A stretch of 47,231 nt of DNA, from positions 1-47,231 of the forward strand of contig JACDFO010000002.1 in NCBI GenBank assembly GCA_013815785.1. Direction: 5' to 3'. This DNA is from Candidatus Saccharimonadota bacterium. Its GTDB lineage: Bacteria; Patescibacteriota; Saccharimonadia; Saccharimonadales; JACDFO01. This document shows positions 44,959 to 47,231 of the stretch, in pieces; position 1 is the first letter of the stretch, and every line of letters starts with the position of its first letter. The notes beneath the pieces are model-generated. The model was not told the origin of the DNA. It ran no database searches and was given only the letters and a program-made list of their open reading frames with translations. Position numbers and translations under genes: made by a program.

Positions 44959-45060
44959 ATCCTAACCCTTGGGTGGTTGGAAGTAATCCATAGCGGATTG
45001 ATTAACAGAGGTGTAACAGATGGCAGGATAACCGGCAACGGTATTATTACTGCTTTTTTT
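44959..45060 (+). ncRNA. Candidate ~100-nt small RNA or orphan cis-regulatory leader
   Basis: Bounded by the promoter above and an intrinsic terminator: a GCAG...ACCG-GCAA-CGGT...CTGC hairpin (45023-45053) plus T7 (45054-60). It has an internal AATCC-ATAGC-GGATT hairpin. No credible ORF lies inside or immediately downstream. Confidence 0.4.
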
Positions 45061-45158
45061 ACTTCTGAAAACAATCGGTGAACCCAGGTGGTGACGGGTA
45101 CATTAACAAGTCGAATCATTTTGAAACATATTTTTTTGTAACAGGGAATCTACCCCTT

Positions 45159-45224
45159 GTGCAGACCAGCTAGTATTAGACAGCTAGTAACCCCTAGCGA
45201 CTCCTAGTATTAGACGGTCTGCAC
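45159..45224. repeat. 9-bp inverted repeat enclosing two 12-nt direct repeats (CTAGTATTAGAC)
   Basis: GTGCAGACC (45159-45167) pairs with GGTCTGCAC (45216-45224). CTAGTATTAGAC occurs at 45170-45181 and 45204-45215, 34 nt apart, with a central GCTAG/CTAGC palindrome. Confidence 0.6.
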
Positions 45225-45360
45225 ATGGTTGTAGCGTTGTGAGTAATAGATTGAGCTTTATCGCTCTCTGTTGGCTCCAGAAGCTCCCTGGTGCGGAAAG
45301 ACGCAATTCAAACTACAACTACAAAACTTTTGTGAAACCGCAAAGGTCATTTTGTTCCTT

Positions 45361-45412
45361 TTCAGAACAGCGTCTAACACACGCAAATTCGTGTGCAGAG
45401 CGCTGTTCTGAA
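45361..45412. repeat. Long two-tier hairpin
   Basis: TTCAGAACAGCG pairs with CGCTGTTCTGAA (12 bp), with an inner CACACG/CGTGTG stem (6 bp). There is no flanking T-run. Confidence 0.55.
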
Positions 45413-45539
45413 CCCCTACCTAGGCAAAGATATAAGAGTAACCCATTAACCTGGGTGTACTCGAAAAGAGCGATTCCGCTCTACAGCCAGGCCCACCATA
45501 GTCTGCGAATCTTCTGCCAAAAGCAGGGGAGGAGAAAAA

Positions 45540-46409
45540 ATGACCACCGAACACCTGGATATCCCCGAAGAGGAGCTCGACAAGATCCTCGGAGGAGCAG
45601 GCAAGGCTGCGCGCAGCGACAACGACGACGCCCTCATCAAGGACGTGGCCGGCATCGATGCGCAGATCGGGAACATCCTCTACGGCGCGTCCGTCCTCAC
45701 CCAGCGCAAGCTGGACCGGAAGGCGAAGGTCGAAGAGGAGATCCGTGATCGGCAGCACCAGCGCGAGCAGATCCGCAACCGGTTCCAGCACATGCTGAGC
45801 ACCGTCACGGACGAGCCCGCCCTGGCTCCCGCACCCGTCGCCCCCGTGGCGCTCGTGTCGGATCCGGTCAACCCGCCGTCGGCCCCCCAGCCGTCGGTTT
45901 CGTCCAGTGGTCCCGTGGTGGACGAGCCCGACGAGGATGAACTCCTCGAAGGCCTGTACACCCGTGACGAGCTCATGGAGCTGTCCGATTCGGACCTCCA
46001 GCGGCTCGCCAGCGAGTACGGGATCGCCACCGTGGTCACCGACGCAACTCGCGTCATCGTGATCGCCACGATCATCGTCCAGCAGTCGGCGTACTGTCAG
46101 TGTGAAGGCATCGAGGATCCCAACGGGACTTCGACGACTCGTGTCACGGTCATCGACCGCGTTCGCGACTCCCGGCACAACCCCCGGAGCTGGAACATCT
46201 GGCAGTGGGTCGGAGCGATCATCGGCGCCCTCATCGGCATCGTGATCTACCGGGTCACCAACGATTGGGAGCAGGACATCGAGGGCACCTGGAACAGGGT
46301 GTTCGACATGTTGCTGTTCATCGCCCTCGTGGGCCTCGGCTTCTTCGGCGGCGCCATCATCGGTGCGGCTGTGGAGGACAGGCAGGAGAACTTGCGCTCG
46401 CGCTCGTGA
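45540..46409 (+). CDS. High-GC hypothetical protein: double-glycine-type leader, Pro/Ala-rich linker, Rho_N/SAP-like helix pair, two C-terminal TMs
   Basis: 289 aa, SD GGGGAGGAG. N-terminus MTTEHLDIPEEELDKILGG, then LYTRDELMELSDSDLQRLASEYGI, and the TMs WVGAIIGALIGIVIY and LLFIALVGLGFFGGAIIGAAV. Third codon positions are strongly G/C. Confidence 0.7.
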   Translation: MTTEHLDIPEEELDKILGGAGKAARSDNDDALIKDVAGIDAQIGNILYGASVLTQRKLDRKAKVEEEIRDRQHQREQIRNRFQHMLSTVTDEPALAPAPVAPVALVSDPVNPPSAPQPSVSSSGPVVDEPDEDELLEGLYTRDELMELSDSDLQRLASEYGIATVVTDATRVIVIATIIVQQSAYCQCEGIEDPNGTSTTRVTVIDRVRDSRHNPRSWNIWQWVGAIIGALIGIVIYRVTNDWEQDIEGTWNRVFDMLLFIALVGLGFFGGAIIGAAVEDRQENLRSRS

Positions 46410-46546
46410 TCCGTTCCACGTCGAAAGGTTTGGCTATTACCCTGTGCTCACGCACAAATCGGCCCAAGTTGTCCGTTATCTTGACTGAGGCTTGCCTTAG
46501 TGAAAACGGAAGTCCCATTCCGCTTGCCCACCTTTGGAGGTGAACA

Positions 46547-47231
46547 TGAGCAAGCACACCCGCAGTTCCGGCATCAAGGCTTCGGCCGTGTTGCTAGCAG
46601 TACTCATCGCCGTCGGCCTCCTGGTCGGCAGCGGAGAGGTGTCCAACGCCAGTGATCGCACGGATGAGTCGGCAACGACACCCACCATGCCCACGGCGGA
46701 AGAAGATGCGCGTGAGTGCCCCGCAACCTGGATCATCGTTCAGGTCGATCACGAGGACAGCAACCGTTGGTTCGCCGACGGTGTCCAAGAGATCGAGGAA
46801 GCATCCACGCCTGAGGAAGCAAGGGAAGCAGCTCGTACCTGGCTCAGCCTAGTGCGTCGTGACCCCCAGCTCCTCAAGGGTGCAGCATCGTACTTCCTTG
46901 CCGGCCGTCAGGTCGACGCATCCACCTTGGTGGATGGGGAGTGCGCCAGTGAGGATGCCGAATCGCTGACAGCCGAAATCGAGCTGGCCATCGCGCAAGC
47001 GAAGGTTACGCCCGAAGAAGCTCCGGTAGATGGCACCAACTCTGGTACCGATGCTGAGGGAGACGTGACGTCTGCCAACCAGGCAGGAATCACAGGTGAT
47101 CGTGCAGCGATCAAGGTCGTGTTGAAGGACGGAACAACCGTCTGGATCATGAGCCGCTGCGGTAACCCCGTCGTTCAGGGACCGGCCCCCGTGCCCCCCG
47201 GACCGACGGATAACCCGCCGCCGCCGCCCCC
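46547..47231 (+). CDS. High-GC secreted or membrane-anchored hypothetical protein (partial; runs off the window end)
   Basis: Not in the ORF track because it has no stop. SD GGAGGTG lies 4 nt before the ATG. Translation begins MSKHTRSSGIKASAVLLAVLIAVGLLVGSGEVSNA... and ends in the Pro-rich GPAPVPPGPTDNPPPPP. Confidence 0.65.

Noticed and set aside
44868-45119. 83-aa minus-strand ORF across the orphan promoter/terminator unit
   Set aside because: It has no SD and an implausible sequence, and it covers a near-consensus plus-strand promoter and an intrinsic terminator. The region is better explained as non-coding.
45239-46178. ORFs 45239-45748 (+), 45420-46178 (-), 45446-45676 (-), 45680-46075 (-), and also 46205-46543, 46357-46557, 46497-46788, 46652-46852 and 46908-47150
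   Set aside because: Stop-poor high-GC DNA generates long open frames in all phases. These translations are Arg/Gly/Pro/Ser-rich and lack SD sequences. They overlap the two frames that do have an SD, G/C-biased third codon positions and sensible hydrophobic segments.
1-47231. CRISPR arrays, rRNA genes, transposases, integrases, toxin-antitoxin or restriction-modification genes
   Set aside because: I scanned the ORF translations and the intergenic regions by eye. I saw no regularly spaced direct repeats, no 16S/23S/5S-like sequence, no DDE or tyrosine/serine recombinase motifs, and no recognisable defence-gene signatures.

Overview
This is a compact genome segment of roughly 40% GC that uses the standard code. 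TGA acts as a stop at tsaE/tsaB and CYTH/ymdB, so code 25 does not apply. Gene content suggests a Patescibacteria/CPR organism, most like Saccharibacteria (inference). It carries a type IV pilus ATPase, recA-recX, tsaE-tsaB, rny-CYTH-ymdB, two sortase loci, peptidoglycan precursor genes (an HTH-murA fusion, murB, murI, murD), glyA/folD and six tRNAs. It also has a very dense two-component set: four PAS/GAF histidine kinases, four receivers with no output domain, and one receiver relic.

The main candidate for an undescribed system is a small RiPP (TOMM/azole-type) cassette at 36.8-39.9 kb. One 725-aa protein fuses an N-terminal winged-helix-like region, a SagB-type FMN dehydrogenase and a YcaO cyclodehydratase. 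It is followed by a 44-aa Cys/Ser/Gly/Asn-rich precursor ORF that is missing from the ORF track and has a strong SD. Next come a large hairpin terminator, a convergent HExxH (DUF2268-like) protease, a DMT exporter and an ODC-like decarboxylase that lacks the active-site Cys. The cassette is read divergently from two tandem receivers.

Other notable items:
- A 56-aa LPNTG mini-protein, absent from the ORF track, beside a GT2 and a sortase.
- A P1B-ATPase-like protein that has lost its catalytic motifs.
- A conserved module of about 75 nt (29-nt and 24-nt blocks) upstream of two tRNAs on opposite strands.
- A multi-hairpin element derived from tRNA T-arm sequence.
- An orphan promoter-to-terminator small RNA.
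- An abrupt switch to more than 60% GC, actinobacteria-like coding in the last ~1.7 kb. This is either host-derived DNA or an assembly chimera. Its first gene carries a textbook double-glycine leader.

I found no rRNA, CRISPR array, transposase or integrase.
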